Assembly (NCBI GenBank): GCA_001779315.1
Contig: MFJU01000004.1
Coordinates: 6,753-70,752, forward strand
DNA from: Candidatus Gottesmanbacteria bacterium RIFCSPLOWO2_01_FULL_42_22
GTDB lineage: Bacteria; Patescibacteriota; Microgenomatia; 2-02-FULL-39-11
Length of the DNA stretch: 64,000 nucleotides
Direction of reading: 5' to 3'
The translations under genes and the position numbers were made by a program. Under the pieces are notes generated by a model. That model had not been told where the DNA came from, ran no database searches, and was given only the letters and a program-made list of their open reading frames with translations. The first letter of the stretch is position 1; each line of letters starts with the position of its first letter. Positions 44,806-54,250 of this stretch are shown here, piece after piece.

Positions 44806-46854
44806 TTAGTCTAACTTGATTTTACCTAATTTGCTGGTAATTTTCTCTCTGATATAACCGCTGACTGTTTCGGAAATTATTGTCCGGACGTTGATACCCC
44901 ATGTCTTTTGCTTTTCTTCCAGCTTTGCATCGTCGTCAGTTGTTTCCTTATACACAGCCGGCACTGTCTCCTCGATTCTTCTGCTGATATCACCGACCAT
45001 CGTTGGAATTCTGTTTCTGTCACTGAAGTATCTCTCTGTCAAACTGGTCATACTGCTAAGCTGATCTCGCACATTACTAACAATCTTTCTTCTGGTTTCA
45101 CCTAATTTTGTAGTTTCCTCTCTCCTGACTGATTCAGTTGCCGGGACTGCCATCACCGGTACCTCTCCCCCCGAAAGCAAAGAAGCCATAACTCTCTCCT
45201 GCTTGTCATAAATTGATAATACCGACTTGGCTACCTTCCTCACTCCGTCCATCGGATTACCGGCTGTTTCAAGCCTAACGGCTAAATTTACCATTTCCTT
45301 TCTCCAGGTTTCTTTTCCTCCGACAGTATCGTCTTTTATAGCAGGAATTCCGTTCTTACCTTCCCAGACATCCTTCAAGAGGTTCACTTTAATTTGCAAT
45401 GCTTCCTGCTGGGATTTTAAGGTTGGTTCCCTTAACTGTGAAGCCGGACTTTGTATTTCCTCTGCTTGGCCGTCTTTTTGCACTTTTAAGGTACCGTCTT
45501 CACTCCGAAAGGTATATCCCTGTTGTGCCAGTTCTGAACAGCGGCTGTCAGCGGCGAATCCTTCGAAGATTCTGTTTCCGGTCAGTCCGATCATGTGACT
45601 TAGAGTTTGAACTAGCGCTTTTCTTTGTATTGGATCCTGAATTGCCGCATCACTTAACTCCAATCCAACCGCTTCGGCAATCAGCCTCATATTTACCTGT
45701 GTTTCCGCATCCTGGGGTTCCCTTAAATCACCGTCAGCAATTTGTCCCTGGAAATTTACGACAGCCACTGCGGTATCGAGGCGCTTTTGTGTGTGTTCTG
45801 CCAGTTTTACTTCAGCTTGAGTCTCTATGGCTTGTTTTATCCTGGCTTCAGCTTCAGGGGCCACCACCAAATTGCCGTCTTTATCTAATGTCGCTTCCGG
45901 ATCCCTCATCACTTGTTCTACCAGTTCATCATTAACCTCTAATTGCTTTTTTACATTGGGATTTACACTGGCAAAGTTGTCAACGGTTGTTTGCATTTTC
46001 TGTCCGTCGGCCGAATCTGCCAGCGTGATTTTATGGTACGCCAGTTCAGTTGAAGTGACCTTTTTTGTCCCATCATTTGCTTCTGACATTCCATCCTGCC
46101 AGTCAGTTGAGGCTAAATTTGCTTCTTGTAATACAATCTCTACTGCTTCTCTGGCTTTTAATGCCTGCCTGGCTTCACTAGTCAATCCACCTTTAACCAG
46201 TTCATTAACTGCTGCCCAGTTTTGACTGCCGTTAACAAATCCTGCCACATCACTATCTACCCTCATCCGGGAAGTTTCCGCCCCTGTCACCGCTCTTCTG
46301 GCCTTCCCTGTATTAATGTTACCGATTCTCTCATTATGCTCATCACTGACTTCCGCAACCCTCACCATTTGACCAGTCACTATTTCGGCGACAGTCGTAT
46401 CGACCACTTCAGTCCTTACTTTACCAGTGTAAGCTTTTGCCGCTTCCTGCCCAACCTCAGCAACTACCTCTGCCATGACTGCCGGCCTTGATGTCATCAT
46501 GGAGGGAACATCTCTTAATAATCTTTTCTTCTTTTTTCCGGCATTTGTTTCGGTAATCAGTTTAGCCTCTTCCACTTGCCCGGAAGCTGTTTCCAGTTTT
46601 TTTCCGGTTTCATCTGCCGCCCGTGCTTCTGTAGCGTTAGCCGCCAATACGGCTGATTCACTAGCCAGTCCCTGATTTTGCTCTTTTTCCTGTAATACTA
46701 CTTTCTTAAACATGTCAAGAGCTTCAGTCACTGGCTTGATTCTGGCTTCTCCAACCTGCACAGCCCCTTCAATTGGCTTTCTTAAGAATGCTCTTTCTGC
46801 TCTTGTTTTAAGTGCGCTAAATCTCTCTGCAATATTTGGTCTTATTTCTGACAT
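44806..46854 (-). CDS. Large hydrophilic Ala/Glu/Thr/Val-rich protein (682 aa), hypothetical, with no TM helix and no signal peptide.
   Basis: Long ORF with distinctly higher GC and different codon usage than its neighbours. I recognise no catalytic motifs. Confidence 0.5.
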   Translation of the reverse strand: MSEIRPNIAERFSALKTRAERAFLRKPIEGAVQVGEARIKPVTEALDMFKKVVLQEKEQNQGLASESAVLAANATEARAADETGKKLETASGQVEEAKLITETNAGKKKKRLLRDVPSMMTSRPAVMAEVVAEVGQEAAKAYTGKVRTEVVDTTVAEIVTGQMVRVAEVSDEHNERIGNINTGKARRAVTGAETSRMRVDSDVAGFVNGSQNWAAVNELVKGGLTSEARQALKAREAVEIVLQEANLASTDWQDGMSEANDGTKKVTSTELAYHKITLADSADGQKMQTTVDNFASVNPNVKKQLEVNDELVEQVMRDPEATLDKDGNLVVAPEAEARIKQAIETQAEVKLAEHTQKRLDTAVAVVNFQGQIADGDLREPQDAETQVNMRLIAEAVGLELSDAAIQDPIQRKALVQTLSHMIGLTGNRIFEGFAADSRCSELAQQGYTFRSEDGTLKVQKDGQAEEIQSPASQLREPTLKSQQEALQIKVNLLKDVWEGKNGIPAIKDDTVGGKETWRKEMVNLAVRLETAGNPMDGVRKVAKSVLSIYDKQERVMASLLSGGEVPVMAVPATESVRREETTKLGETRRKIVSNVRDQLSSMTSLTERYFSDRNRIPTMVGDISRRIEETVPAVYKETTDDDAKLEEKQKTWGINVRTIISETVSGYIREKITSKLGKIKLD

Positions 46855-46947
46855 AAATTTTCTAAATAAATTTAATAACTATATTAAATAGTGATACTAC
46901 TAAAGAAAAATGTCAATAAGAAAAAAGGACTACTCCTGCTTAACTCC

Positions 46948-47262
46948 TTACTCTTTTCTCTCCCTGTACATCTCCTCAACTGCTGCTTGTGGCGGCGGAT
47001 CGACGCCTTCGGGGATGCGGATGGTGATTTCTTCGCCGCTTGATAAAGTATACCGATACTCTACTTTGTTAGGGGCATTATTGAAATTCTCAATGAACTT
47101 TTCATCATATTCGGAATCCTGTTGGGGAATAAATTCCTCTTTGATCTCTTCTACTCGCTTCACTTCCTTATTTTTATTAGCCAGAAACAATCCCGCAAAC
47201 ATGATCAAAAGAATAACTAATGCTGCAATCGCTAACAAACTATATATTTTTATATCTCTCAT
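46948..47262 (-). CDS. Small single-TM protein, hypothetical.
   Basis: ORF with one TM helix (IYSLLAIAALVILLIMFAGLFLA). It is 3 nt upstream of the VanY-like gene stop on the same strand. Confidence 0.35.
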   Translation of the reverse strand: MRDIKIYSLLAIAALVILLIMFAGLFLANKNKEVKRVEEIKEEFIPQQDSEYDEKFIENFNNAPNKVEYRYTLSSGEEITIRIPEGVDPPPQAAVEEMYRERKE

Positions 47263-47265
47263 TTT

Positions 47266-48015
47266 CTACAATCCTATAAAATGCGGCGTATCCCAATTAA
47301 CCGGATGGATAAAATTAAAATTCCTGGCATTATCAATTGAGGATTGAGACACTCCCTTCAAAATAATATCGGATCCTCTCATTTCCGCACAGAATAAATC
47401 AAGGGCAATTCCGGCCTGATGTGCACTTTTTCCCGGAGGCGCCACCCCGCAGCCTGGATCGGTAGCGCAATTATTGCCTTTCCAAAGCCCTTCCTGCTCG
47501 GCATAAGAGCGGTAGCCGTAACCGATAAAGAGGGCGCAGCCCGGTTGATTATCGATATATTTTAATAACCCTGTCAAATCGGAAACTATCCCGCTTTTGA
47601 TCATGATGCTGTTTACCCTCTGCCAGAATTTGCCTCCTGTGGCATTATATAAATTAGTCAGATTGGAAGGAACAAAAGAAGGTGAATATGGTGGCCAGAT
47701 CACTCCCAATTCACATAAAGTGGTCTGTTCTAGAAAACGAGGCTGTGGTGAAAACATCGACAAGCCTAATTTGGCGCATTCCGCCGGATTACCTCCACCA
47801 TTACCTCCGGATGGTTCCGGTACTTCGCTGGGGGCAGGTGGCCCTGAGGGTATCAAAGTCGGGGTTCTGGTCGGTGTTGCCGTAGGAGTCCTGGTCGGCG
47901 GCGGGGTGAAACTGCCCAGTTTGATTGATTTCGGCGGAATCTGGGCCAAAACCCGCGCTTTTGAGATCAATAAAATATTGAGAAAAATAATTATTATGGG
48001 CAGAACTTTTGACAT
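47266..48015 (-). CDS. Secreted VanY/M15B-like D-alanyl-D-alanine carboxypeptidase (LAS metallopeptidase).
   Basis: It has a signal peptide and PT linker. GYGYRSYAEQEGLW and SAHQAGIALDL match the SxHxxGxAxD motif, and a downstream HP is consistent with M15B peptidases. Confidence 0.65.
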   Translation of the reverse strand: MSKVLPIIIIFLNILLISKARVLAQIPPKSIKLGSFTPPPTRTPTATPTRTPTLIPSGPPAPSEVPEPSGGNGGGNPAECAKLGLSMFSPQPRFLEQTTLCELGVIWPPYSPSFVPSNLTNLYNATGGKFWQRVNSIMIKSGIVSDLTGLLKYIDNQPGCALFIGYGYRSYAEQEGLWKGNNCATDPGCGVAPPGKSAHQAGIALDLFCAEMRGSDIILKGVSQSSIDNARNFNFIHPVNWDTPHFIGL

Positions 48016-48049
48016 TTAACTTTTGCCTTTTGCCTTTAATTTTATCCTG

Positions 48050-50806
48050 TCACATTCTCTCGACAGTCTCAATCCCCAGAAGCCATAAACCTTTTTTGAT
48101 TATTTTTGAGGTTGTATGCGTTAAAGCCAGCCTGAATAGGGAAGCTTGATTTTGCTTTTGATTGCCCAAAATCAGGTGTTTACTGTAAAAAACATTGTAC
48201 TTCTGAGCCAAACCGTATAAATAGGCAGCTATTGCCGAAGGCAAAAAATTCCTGCCGGCCTCTAAAACGACCTCTTCAAACTGATAAAACGTTCTCAACA
48301 GATCTTTTTCTTCTTCATTTAACTTTTTTCCATACTTAATACTTGATACCATATACTTAATACCGCGATCTTCGGCCTTACGAAGCACACTCCGGCATCT
48401 GGCATAGGTATATTGCAAATACGGCCCGCTGTCGCCCTCGAAATTGACCGACTTTTCCAAATCAAAAACAATGTCAGCCGGCAGAGCTACTTTCAAAAGC
48501 GAATATTTTATGGCGGCCACCGCAGTTTTCTCCAAAATAAGCTCGGATTCCGCTTTTGTGTAGTTGTCTGATCCGGTATTATGCAGCCTCTCTTTCAGCT
48601 TCGTTTTAACCATTTCCAGGAGCGCTTCTCCGGATATTATCTTGCCGGTCCTGGAGCTCATTTTGCCTTCCGGCAGTTTGACGAGGCCGTGTCCGAGATG
48701 TCTGGTTTTAGAAGCCAAATCAGGCTTGACGAGTGACAGCACCTTCAATAAAACCTGGAAATACTCATTGATCTCTTTGGCCGTAACGATCATCGAAAAA
48801 TCATACTGGAAGTCTTTATATTTAGTCGGCGCCAACCCCAACTCTTTAGTTTCATATGTCGGCAAACCTAATGCGTTGATAAATACACGGGTGTGAAGAC
48901 CGTATTTTTCTCCCCGGAAGACTGTCGCTCCCTCGCTTTTTTCGAAAATACCCTTTTCCAAACCTTCTTTGACAATCTGCAGGCCGTATTCACCGACAAT
49001 CGATTCCGGGTAATAGTAATCAAATTTTGCTCCCAGACGCCTATAAATGCTTTCAAAATAAGCTAAACTCCACTCCCGGCCCTTTTGAAACAGACTGCCC
49101 ACTTCCTGAATTTCTTTTTCATCTGCTTTGACGAATTGCCGGTAATTAATCCGGGGCTCCCATTTCATCTTTTTCTGCATGTAATCCTGGGCGGCAACAA
49201 AGACCAGATAGTTTATCTTATTCATCTCTTCCTTAGCTTTCTCATCCTCTTCGAAAGCGGTCGCACCAATTGCATAAGCTTCACCCAGATACTTCACTTT
49301 TTGAGTTAAGGATTTATTATCCATGTTTTTGGCCAGCTTCTTCATCCCCCAGATTGATTTGGCCACATGCATGCCGACATCGCCGAAATAATTCGCCCGT
49401 GCAACCTTGGCGCCCAACTCTTCATTTATCCTGGCAATAGATTCCCCTACGCTGTTACTGTATACGTGACCGATGTGAAACTCCTTAAAGGGATTGGGGT
49501 CGGTAAACTCTATAATCATCTTTTTACCTGTTTTCACGCTCTTTCCATAATCTGGCGCTCGTCCCATTTGACTGATAAGGTATTTTTCAGCCAGGAAGAT
49601 GTTGATAAAGCCGGGAAGCACTGCTTTTACATTCTCCAGGACATCTGATACTATAAATTTACTACCAGTATAATCATTACTATAAGTACTATATGACATC
49701 GATTGACCGCTTCCTATATACTTATTTAGTTGTTGGCTTATCTTTTCCGCTAATTCAATAGGTTTGACTTTTATTTTAGAAGCCGTAATCATGGCTAGAT
49801 TAGATGAATAATCCCCATAGTTTTTGCTGGAAGGATGCTCGAGTTTTATATCCCCGTATCTGATTCCAGAGTCCGGATAAAGTTTTTGAAAGGCCGAAAG
49901 AAGGGCGGATTTGATTTTTTTATCCGTGGAAACTTCGGCGTTTTCCAGTAAAGGATTGACCGCGGTTTTACTTTTTTCCGGGACTTTTTTTACTTTTTTC
50001 TCCCTTTCCCCGGATTTGATTAAGTCCTGTTTATTTTCTTTTAAATGTTCTTTTTTTGCCCGTTCAAAGGAAAACTCGATTGACTGTTTGTTTTGGGATA
50101 GAATTGCGGATTCGGTCCCGGCCTTAAAATGCATCTTTATATGTTGCTCCGCCTCTTCCAGAGCCTCGCTCAACTTCTCACGGGATAATGACGGCGCTTT
50201 TTCGACAACCAGGACGGCGTTGACCGTCTCTTTATCAATCTTTGTCCTGTCAGCCTCCCGCCAGTTCCATTTGCGGCAGATAAAGCCCTCCTCGTCCTGG
50301 TAGATGACTTCCCCGGGATCGCACTTTTCAGGCTGTGTTGAGCCGATAGTTATCCCCTCCTCATTGCCGGAAGCAAAAGTCAGCCGGATATCACCTTTAA
50401 CCTTATCCAGGTCCTCTGCTCCGGCCGGGAGGTGAAATTTTAATGACAGGTAGTTATAGAGATCTACTAGCTTGTTGATATGCGGTATTTCCTTATTACC
50501 GGCTCTAGCCCGTCTCAACAATGATTCAACCGAAGAGCGATAATCTTTGGGATGAGAGCCAAACGAGCGGTATATCTCGCGCCACTGGGAAATTTCCGGC
50601 AGGCTACCTATCTCCGTCTCGGCTAAAAGCATCTTCTGATTGGCCTCCTCTATCCGCAGCAGCTTCAAAATCTCCTCATTCCGGCCTGTATTATCCATCC
50701 CTTTGATGACAATCACCCCGATCTCAACCCCCGGATATTTCTCAAAAATTTGATTGATTATGATAAATTTCATCTTGACTTGCCTCTTTTTATTTGATAT
50801 ATTCAA
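48050..50806 (-). CDS. argS: Arginyl-tRNA synthetase with an N-terminal B3/4-domain (COG3382-like) fusion of ~290 aa.
   Basis: The ArgS core is FTDPNPFKEFHIGH (HIGH), an Arg_tRNA_synt_N-like segment from ~residue 300, and a DALR anticodon-binding C-terminus. The N-terminal LVDLYNYLSLKFHLPAGAEDLDKVKGDIRLTFA...NAVLVVEKA matches the PheT B3/4 domain pattern (Nyv..e.G.P.HafDldk..g.i..r.A). The track start is a TTG; ATG at 50773 is an alternative. Confidence 0.85.
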   Translation of the reverse strand: MNISNKKRQVKMKFIIINQIFEKYPGVEIGVIVIKGMDNTGRNEEILKLLRIEEANQKMLLAETEIGSLPEISQWREIYRSFGSHPKDYRSSVESLLRRARAGNKEIPHINKLVDLYNYLSLKFHLPAGAEDLDKVKGDIRLTFASGNEEGITIGSTQPEKCDPGEVIYQDEEGFICRKWNWREADRTKIDKETVNAVLVVEKAPSLSREKLSEALEEAEQHIKMHFKAGTESAILSQNKQSIEFSFERAKKEHLKENKQDLIKSGEREKKVKKVPEKSKTAVNPLLENAEVSTDKKIKSALLSAFQKLYPDSGIRYGDIKLEHPSSKNYGDYSSNLAMITASKIKVKPIELAEKISQQLNKYIGSGQSMSYSTYSNDYTGSKFIVSDVLENVKAVLPGFINIFLAEKYLISQMGRAPDYGKSVKTGKKMIIEFTDPNPFKEFHIGHVYSNSVGESIARINEELGAKVARANYFGDVGMHVAKSIWGMKKLAKNMDNKSLTQKVKYLGEAYAIGATAFEEDEKAKEEMNKINYLVFVAAQDYMQKKMKWEPRINYRQFVKADEKEIQEVGSLFQKGREWSLAYFESIYRRLGAKFDYYYPESIVGEYGLQIVKEGLEKGIFEKSEGATVFRGEKYGLHTRVFINALGLPTYETKELGLAPTKYKDFQYDFSMIVTAKEINEYFQVLLKVLSLVKPDLASKTRHLGHGLVKLPEGKMSSRTGKIISGEALLEMVKTKLKERLHNTGSDNYTKAESELILEKTAVAAIKYSLLKVALPADIVFDLEKSVNFEGDSGPYLQYTYARCRSVLRKAEDRGIKYMVSSIKYGKKLNEEEKDLLRTFYQFEEVVLEAGRNFLPSAIAAYLYGLAQKYNVFYSKHLILGNQKQNQASLFRLALTHTTSKIIKKGLWLLGIETVERM

Positions 50807-50828
50807 AACATAAAACTGAGGGAAGATT

Positions 50829-51341
50829 CTAATTTAGGGTCTCCCTCTTTTTTTTATACTCTAGTAAATACTTCAGGCTCCCAAAATCAATATGTTTGTC
50901 CCCCACTATCTTTTTTAACTCTTTCGCTGTTCTTTTTGGAGATGAAATAATAATTATTTCCTTCTTCTTTGAAATCAAATATTTAAAAAGCGGCGCAAAA
51001 TCTCCATCTCCGGTCAGAACAATGGCTTTGTGATATTCTTTTATCATTAAAAGCATATCCATGGTTAAATCGACATCACAATTTGCTTTTGTGCGCGTTC
51101 CGAATCTCTTGATTTCCTTTACTCTTAAAATATAACCGAACTGTTTTAGTTTCTTCAAAAAATTCTCTTTATGTATATTTTTTGAATCCTTCCCATAATA
51201 AAAGAAAGCTTTTTTAACCGAAAATTTATACTTTAAATACCTGATTAATTTTTTCTGGTCGATATACCAGCCTTCCGCTTTGGCACCGTAAATTATGTTT
51301 GAAGCGTCTACAAAGGCAAAACAACCGATCTTTCTTTTCAT
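50829..51341 (-). CDS. NYN/LabA-like (PIN-fold) domain protein.
   Basis: AFVDASNI, TGDGDFAPL and related motifs are typical of NYN domains. It sits between argG and argS in the same operon. Confidence 0.65.
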   Translation of the reverse strand: MKRKIGCFAFVDASNIIYGAKAEGWYIDQKKLIRYLKYKFSVKKAFFYYGKDSKNIHKENFLKKLKQFGYILRVKEIKRFGTRTKANCDVDLTMDMLLMIKEYHKAIVLTGDGDFAPLFKYLISKKKEIIIISSPKRTAKELKKIVGDKHIDFGSLKYLLEYKKKRETLN

Positions 51342-51359
51342 TGAAGGTTTGACTTCATT

Positions 51360-52613
51360 CTACTTAATCTGTTTCTGGTTGGAAAGCCTCATCTGCAGAG
51401 AATATATCTCTATAAATCCGGCGGAACAATTGGTATTAAAGGCAAAACCGTCACTATTGGAAAATGAGGCATAATCCAGCGCATACGGAGATTCCAAAGC
51501 AACTATTGTCGCCTGGCCTTTATACAACCTTACTGTAACTTTTCCGATTACTTTTTTATTAACCTCCTCATTGAAACAATTGATAGCCTTCATTACAGGA
51601 TCAAACCATAAAGCACCATAACATAAATAACCCCACTTTATGTCCAGTTCCGACTTCAACTGGTTCAGTTTTCTGGTCGAGACATACTTTTCCAGATCCT
51701 TATGGGCGGCAATAATGACCGCAGCAGCGGGCATTTCATAAACGCCTCTGGTCTTGAGGCCAACCAGCCTGTCTTCCAAAAGATGGACCACTCCGACTCC
51801 ATGTTTTCCAACAATCACATTCAGCTTCTGGACAAGATCGGCCAATTTATACTTTTTGCCATTCAGGCTGACCGGTAAACCATTCTCAAATTCCAGAACG
51901 ATTACTTCCTCTTTATCCGGCGCTTTGCTGGCTAAAGTATAAGTTGTCAGAAATTTTTCCAGTTGGGGAATTTCACTGGGGATTTCCACCTCACCTCCTT
52001 CCCAGGTCATGCCCCACATATTGTCATCGACACTATAGGGAAAATCAATTGAAGAGGGAATGGGAATCTTATTTTTCTGGGCATATTTGATTTCCTCACT
52101 CCTATCCATCGACCATTCCCTGACAGGTGCGATGATTTTTATTTTGGGATCATGGGTCAGAATATAGCCTTCCAGCCTGACCTGGTCATTGCCTTTTCCG
52201 GTACAGCCGTGGGCTATCGTCTCTACTTCGAGCTTCTTGGCGGCTTCGACAGTTTTGACAGCCATCAAAGCCCTACCTATAGGTGTCGACAAATGGTAAT
52301 TTCCCTGGTATGAGGCGTTGGCCTTGATTGCCAAAGAAAGATAACTTTCGGCAAACTCGTCTTTGACATTCCAGACTAGGGCTTTTTTAGCCCCAAACCT
52401 CACTGCTTTCTGGCGGATGGCTTCCAGATTATCATGTTGCTGCCCCAAATCAAGGGTCAGCGTATAAACTTCCGCCTTGTATTGGTCCTGAATCCACTTC
52501 AGCATGACGCTGGTATCCAGGCCTCCCGAATACAGAAGCAGTACTTTTTTGACTTCTCCGTAATTTCCTTCATAACTTGAGACTTTTTTATATAAATGGT
52601 TATTTTTTAGCAT
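51360..52613 (-). CDS. argG: Argininosuccinate synthase.
   Basis: VLLLYSGGLDTSV (PP-loop SGGxDTS) is present. The length is 417 aa. Confidence 0.9.
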   Translation of the reverse strand: MLKNNHLYKKVSSYEGNYGEVKKVLLLYSGGLDTSVMLKWIQDQYKAEVYTLTLDLGQQHDNLEAIRQKAVRFGAKKALVWNVKDEFAESYLSLAIKANASYQGNYHLSTPIGRALMAVKTVEAAKKLEVETIAHGCTGKGNDQVRLEGYILTHDPKIKIIAPVREWSMDRSEEIKYAQKNKIPIPSSIDFPYSVDDNMWGMTWEGGEVEIPSEIPQLEKFLTTYTLASKAPDKEEVIVLEFENGLPVSLNGKKYKLADLVQKLNVIVGKHGVGVVHLLEDRLVGLKTRGVYEMPAAAVIIAAHKDLEKYVSTRKLNQLKSELDIKWGYLCYGALWFDPVMKAINCFNEEVNKKVIGKVTVRLYKGQATIVALESPYALDYASFSNSDGFAFNTNCSAGFIEIYSLQMRLSNQKQIK

Positions 52614-52657
52614 AATATTAAAATTAATAAATCTTTATATAATTCTACTTCCAGACT

Positions 52658-53845
52658 TCATCTCTGCCGGTATCGCGCGGCAATTCTTCTGTATGCCTGC
52701 CTGAATGAATGGCCTTTTTTTACTAATTTATAAGCCTCCTCTGCCGCATGCAATTCGGGTGTATCAGCCTGTTCTAATTTTTCTTTGACCGGTTTCAAAT
52801 TCTTAACCAGAATCAGCATCATTTCCAGTGACTCTAAAGTCTGTTCTATACTGTCAAACAAAGGCCTTTTGATTTCCTGGAAATCCCTGTGATAACCGGA
52901 CATCAAATTGGCTGCCAAGCCGGTAATATTTATGTAATTGGCTGTCAGGCGGTGAACTTTACTCCTGAGAAGCTCGGCTATATCCAAATTCTTTTTATGG
53001 GGCATGATGGAACTGCCGCTGGTTAAAGACTTATCAATCTCTATAAAACCCAAAGTATCTGAAGAAAAGAACAACAAATCAGAGACAAATTTATTGATAG
53101 TCAAGGCTAATGAGATTAAAGAGGAAACAACCACAGCCTCGGATTTACCGCGGCTGTTTTGGCAATATAGAGCATTCTCAATAATAGCAGAGAAACCGAT
53201 ATCAGAAGCAGCAGCTGATCTGGGATAATCAAGAGGCAGACCATAGCCGGCACCTGTGCCTAACGCTGATTTATCTGTAATCTTTAAAGCAGCTTTCATC
53301 TGAATTACGTCATCCTGGAAACTCTCGGAGAAACTATGTAGCCAGGCTCCGAAAGTATAAGGCATGGCTTTTCTCGTATGGGTGAATCCGGGCATAAATA
53401 ACTTTGAATATTTATCTCCCGATTGATCGATCAGTCTCATCGCAGCCTTTACTTTTTTGATGATTTCCTCCAAATTTTCTTTGATATATAACCTGGTAGC
53501 CGTTGCCACCTGGTCGTTTCTGGATCTGGCGGTATGGATCTTCTCTCCGGCCAAACCAAGTTTTTCTGTCAGGTGCGCTTCGATTGCCGTATGCATGTCC
53601 TCATCACCCATTTTCAAATGAAATTTCCCTTGCTCAACTAGAATAGTTAGACTATTGAGACAATCCAAAACCTGCCTCAATTCTTTTTTTCCGTAAATGC
53701 CCATCAGAAACAGGCTCTTAGCATGGGCTTTTGTACCTAAAAGGTCATATTTTAGCAGTTTTTGATCCATGGCAAGATCTTCCTTTGTCTCAAAGGCTTC
53801 GACTTTTTTATCCAATTCCCAGTTTGTCTGCCAAAGTTTTTTCAT
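52658..53845 (-). CDS. argH: Argininosuccinate lyase.
   Basis: GSSIMPHKKNLDIAEL is the fumarate-lyase signature GSSxMPxKxN. The N-terminal MKKLWQTNW aligns with the ArgH start (M.LWGGRF). The track's longer ORF to 54034 starts at TTG and would run through the T-box/terminator, so it is rejected. Confidence 0.85.
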   Translation of the reverse strand: MKKLWQTNWELDKKVEAFETKEDLAMDQKLLKYDLLGTKAHAKSLFLMGIYGKKELRQVLDCLNSLTILVEQGKFHLKMGDEDMHTAIEAHLTEKLGLAGEKIHTARSRNDQVATATRLYIKENLEEIIKKVKAAMRLIDQSGDKYSKLFMPGFTHTRKAMPYTFGAWLHSFSESFQDDVIQMKAALKITDKSALGTGAGYGLPLDYPRSAAASDIGFSAIIENALYCQNSRGKSEAVVVSSLISLALTINKFVSDLLFFSSDTLGFIEIDKSLTSGSSIMPHKKNLDIAELLRSKVHRLTANYINITGLAANLMSGYHRDFQEIKRPLFDSIEQTLESLEMMLILVKNLKPVKEKLEQADTPELHAAEEAYKLVKKGHSFRQAYRRIAARYRQR

Positions 53846-54118
53846 ATAAAAACTCCCGTCTCCTGCTACAAAATATTTGTAACAAAGGACGGGAGTTCCC
53901 GTGGTGCCACCTTTATTCTCAACTGCACAATAAAACTTCTGTTTTTTACCCGCCGTAGCTTTATGCGAAGGTGGGTAAGCCTTGACAGAAGTCACAGTTG
54001 ACTCAATTTTATGAAACCTACTTAGTCCCGCCAATCGGCGGGGCTTTTCTTCAGTTCCTGGCTCCGGGGCTCGTCCTCCGATTCGGAGGGTTCCCCTTCA
54101 TCGCCTATTTGGATGTCA
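53846..54118 (-). promoter_or_regulatory. T-box riboswitch leader (tRNA-sensing transcription attenuator) for the argH-argG-NYN-argS operon. Its promoter -10 TATAAT (minus strand) is at 54125..54130.
   Basis: Minus strand at + coordinates 53898..53914: AAAGGUGGCACCACGGG compares with the T-box consensus AGGGUGGNACCGCGG. The antiterminator is AAAG[GUGGCACC]ACGGG-AACU-CCCGU-CUUU. The alternative perfect 9-bp terminator is ACUCCCGUC...GACGGGAGU (53852..53896), followed by UUUUUAU and directly by the argH ATG (53843..53845). The Stem I base resembles glyQS (GGCGAUGAAG ... CUGAAGAAAAGCC). Further GC hairpins lie at 54024..54043 and 54076..54090. Confidence 0.55.
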
Positions 54119-54250
54119 TCTTCTATTATACACGGACTGTCAATACTCTAATAATCTGATTGCCTGGACTAATGCCCGGGCATGAGGATCGAACAGATCA
54201 TCTGATTATGGTTTGAATCAATGCCCGGCGACCTGTTATGCTGAAAAAGC

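Noticed and set aside
45227-46675. Several plus-strand ORFs (123-178 aa) within the 682-aa gene region.
   Set aside because: They are antisense ORFs favoured by the locally higher GC. None has start context or coherent features, and the minus-strand ORF is continuous for 682 codons.
53846-54034. Track-predicted N-terminal extension of argH (start at 54034, MAGLSRF...).
   Set aside because: That start codon is TTG, and the extension spans the T-box element, a perfect terminator hairpin and a U-run. The ArgH homology begins at MKKLWQ (ATG 53845).
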